A DNA stretch of 64,000 bases from an uncultured Clostridia bacterium (GTDB taxonomy: Bacteria > Bacillota > Clostridia > Christensenellales > UBA1242): NCBI GenBank assembly GCA_934772525.1, contig CAKVMI010000001.1, positions 118,613 to 182,612 of the forward strand, given 5' to 3'. This document shows, one piece after another, positions 62,249-64,000 of this stretch. The translations under genes and the position numbers were made by a program. How positions within the stretch are numbered: the first letter of the stretch is position 1; each line of letters opens with the position of its first letter. The notes under the pieces were generated by a model. It worked only from the letters and a program-made list of their open reading frames with translations. It made no database searches and was not told the DNA's origin.

Positions 62249-62694
62249 AAAAATATTTAGCTGAATTTGCAAGTTATGGGGACGGCACTAAAAAATTTAA
62301 TGGCTTTTGGGAAATATGTGGGAATAAGCTAGTTAATCAAAAAGGCGGATTTCATGACTACACACCAAAAGAAGACGATATTATTTATGAGGTAAAAAAA
62401 TACGAGAATTTACCTTTTAGAAAATATTGTATAGATAATAGCTATAAGACTGGTTGGCTAGACAGAAACGGAAATTTCTTTGGTTGTAGTTTTATGGAAC
62501 ATGCTTTTGTAGCTTACTATTGTTTTCATAGAGAAGAACATGAGCTTGAAGATATGGGCTGGGTTAAAATTTCTAGGGATTTATACGAAAAAAATGGTTT
62601 GTCATATTATCATTGTTGCGTTTTGGGTTTAACTGACGCTCAACGCAAATATTTGATTGATAATGGTTTTGATGTGGAGGAATACAATGGATAG
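62245..62694 (+). CDS. Hypothetical phage protein
   Basis: Start moved to ATG 62245 behind GGAGGA (the track starts at 62185). Confidence 0.5.
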   Translation: MKKYLAEFASYGDGTKKFNGFWEICGNKLVNQKGGFHDYTPKEDDIIYEVKKYENLPFRKYCIDNSYKTGWLDRNGNFFGCSFMEHAFVAYYCFHREEHELEDMGWVKISRDLYEKNGLSYYHCCVLGLTDAQRKYLIDNGFDVEEYNG

Positions 62695-63094
62695 ATGTAA
62701 ATATTGTCAGAGTACAAATCTTGTCTTGGAGTCTAAGATTCCGGGACAAGATGTACTAACAGCAAATCAAGTAGCTTTAAAGTGTGGAGATTGTGGTAAA
62801 TGGCTAAAATGGTGTCCGAAAGACGAAAGGCAACTTTATATTGATTCCGGCAAGGCTATTTGTGAAAAATATCAAATCGACAAAGAGTTATTTAAGGCTC
62901 TGAAAGAACACGATAGAAAAATTGAGGAAAGAGTTTTATTTGATGTTCTAGGAATACTCTATTTTCAAGACTACAATCGAGCTTGTGATTATGACAAAAT
63001 GACCGGAGCTGAGGTAGTAAATGCACAGCACAAGATATTAAAAGAAATTCAAGAGCGATATAACTATGATTTCGATAGAAATTTTAGGCCGTAG
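62687..63094 (+). CDS. Hypothetical phage protein with an N-terminal zinc-ribbon
   Basis: CKYCQS...CGDCGK. Start moved to ATG 62687 behind GGAGGA. Confidence 0.5.
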   Translation: MDRCKYCQSTNLVLESKIPGQDVLTANQVALKCGDCGKWLKWCPKDERQLYIDSGKAICEKYQIDKELFKALKEHDRKIEERVLFDVLGILYFQDYNRACDYDKMTGAEVVNAQHKILKEIQERYNYDFDRNFRP

Positions 63095-63102
63095 GAGGAT
63101 AT

Positions 63103-63342
63103 ATGTTTAATAGCGAAGAAAAAGTTAAAGAAATATTAAAACATCTAAGCCAATATGCTTTTGAGCAATTACAAACTCAAAATTACACAATAAAAGAAGA
63201 CGAGCTTATGTTTATTTGTGAAGATTTTATGTCGTTAAAGTCTGAATGTGAAAACATGGGAACTATGCTTGAAAGTTTGAGGAACTATGTAAGGCTTTTA
63301 GAAAAAGAGAATAAAGAACTTAGAGGAGAAAACCATGTGTAG
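63103..63342 (+). CDS. Hypothetical phage protein (coiled coil)
   Basis: 79 aa, AGGAGGA RBS. Confidence 0.45.
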   Translation: MFNSEEKVKEILKHLSQYAFEQLQTQNYTIKEDELMFICEDFMSLKSECENMGTMLESLRNYVRLLEKENKELRGENHV

Positions 63343-63574
63343 AAAAGGATATATTGTAGGCAGTATTATTTTGTTTTTAGTTGCAGCTGGATTAGCAGTA
63401 GCAGGGGTTATGATGTTTAATATAGTCCCTCTTGATGTAGTAGAATTAACAGCAAGACAAAGCTTAATTGTTGTAGGTATGGTATTTGCTTTTATATTTG
63501 CTGTTGTATCATTTGGACTTGCTGTGGGATTCCTTATAGCTGGAATAAATAATCATAGGTCATGGTGGTATTGA
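63335..63574 (+). CDS. Small two-TM membrane protein
   Basis: IVGSIILFLVAAGLAVAGVMMF and IVVGMVFAFIFAVVSFGLAVGFLIAGI. GGAGA RBS. Confidence 0.5.
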   Translation: MCRKGYIVGSIILFLVAAGLAVAGVMMFNIVPLDVVELTARQSLIVVGMVFAFIFAVVSFGLAVGFLIAGINNHRSWWY

Positions 63575-63576
63575 TT

Positions 63577-64000
63577 ATGGAATTAGAATTCGGAAGATGT
63601 TGTGGAAATTGCGTGCATTGTAACAGACCAAAACAGCCACAAGACCACGAGGCACATTATATGGTGGCCAAGACGGAGCGTTGGTGTTTTAATCATAAAT
63701 GCTACATAACAAGAGAGTCTGTGTGTGAAAGTTTTGAACTGGAAGAAAAGAAAGGTGGAGTGCCGGCTGTTAAAAGAGCTAGGAAATTCAACGAGAGGGC
63801 TAGAAGAATAATTGCTTTAATGGAGAAAATGAAAGCTCTTGGGCTTGAAGAGTTCGATTATTACGGAACTATTTATTGCATACATAAAGACTGGTTATAT
63901 ACTAGGTCGGATTATAAAAGCGCATGGGGAGAGCCACATAATTATTATTGGAAAGTAGACGCCAAGAGTAATGATTTTGACAGAAAAGAAAAAGGCTTAT
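63577..64000 (+). CDS. Hypothetical Cys-rich phage protein, 3' end outside the window
   Basis: The frame is open from ATG 63577 to the window edge (MELEFGRCCGNCVHCNRPKQ...). It is absent from the ORF track because no stop is reached. Confidence 0.5.
   Translation, partial: MELEFGRCCGNCVHCNRPKQPQDHEAHYMVAKTERWCFNHKCYITRESVCESFELEEKKGGVPAVKRARKFNERARRIIALMEKMKALGLEEFDYYGTIYCIHKDWLYTRSDYKSAWGEPHNYYWKVDAKSNDFDRKEKGL

Larger units (their letters stand above)
51030..64000. mobile_element. Temperate prophage, left (lysogeny and early) part; it continues beyond the window
   Basis: The integrase, moron and repressor lie on the minus strand. They face a cro-led plus-strand operon of tightly coupled, strongly RBS-preceded genes for recombination and replication. 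The left junction is somewhere in 51030-51130. Confidence 0.85.

Noticed and set aside
1-64000. Alternative genetic code (Mollicutes-like, TGA read as Trp), considered because of the very low GC content.
   Set aside because: Conserved Trp positions are encoded by TGG. Long conserved genes are intact under the standard code. TGA is used as a stop (for example at 54408-54410 and 57088-57090).

Overview
All calls below come from reading the sequence and the ORF track. No database search was run, so family names are motif-level recognitions. This is a low-GC, Bacillota-like chromosomal window with the standard genetic code: Trp is TGG, and TGA, TAA and TAG all act as stops. About 1-51 kb is densely packed core chromosome. 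It encodes clpC (3' part), hpf, nth, obg, yhbY, pheST, a GH13 glucosidase, tRNA-Glu and tRNA-Met, pdp-deoC, tsaE-tsaB-rimI, murF, ddl, a GH95 hydrolase, tRNA-Leu(CAA), trmL, a class I lysyl-tRNA synthetase, ogg and floA. Small accessory islets interrupt it: tandem WG-repeat paralogues next to tRNA-Leu, a BtaA-like methyltransferase with a purine-only 3' tract, a 1114-aa surface protein, and a DUF11 / LRR / transglutaminase-like cluster. From about 51.0 kb to the window end lies the lysogeny and early region of a temperate prophage. It carries a large serine integrase, a lipoprotein moron, a CI/LexA-type repressor, a three-operator switch, Cro, a PD-(D/E)XK nuclease, Erf, NinB, HNH, SSB, a replisome organiser with iterons, and accessory genes. 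The right prophage end is outside the window. The items I rank highest are: (1) a three-gene module of an internally duplicated DUF1538-type membrane protein plus two different PII-like proteins; (2) a prophage TVP38/DedA membrane protein fused to a soluble domain only because of a perfect 11-nt tandem duplication, a possible slipped-strand switch; (3) a duplicated tRNA-Leu 3' end bounding a GC-rich structured segment; (4) an orphan promoter-to-terminator unit of about 90 nt, a candidate sRNA; (5) a membrane-anchored MurF; (6) a class I LysRS. No CRISPR array, transposase or rRNA was seen. Several ORF-track starts were moved to the downstream ATG that has a Shine-Dalgarno sequence.
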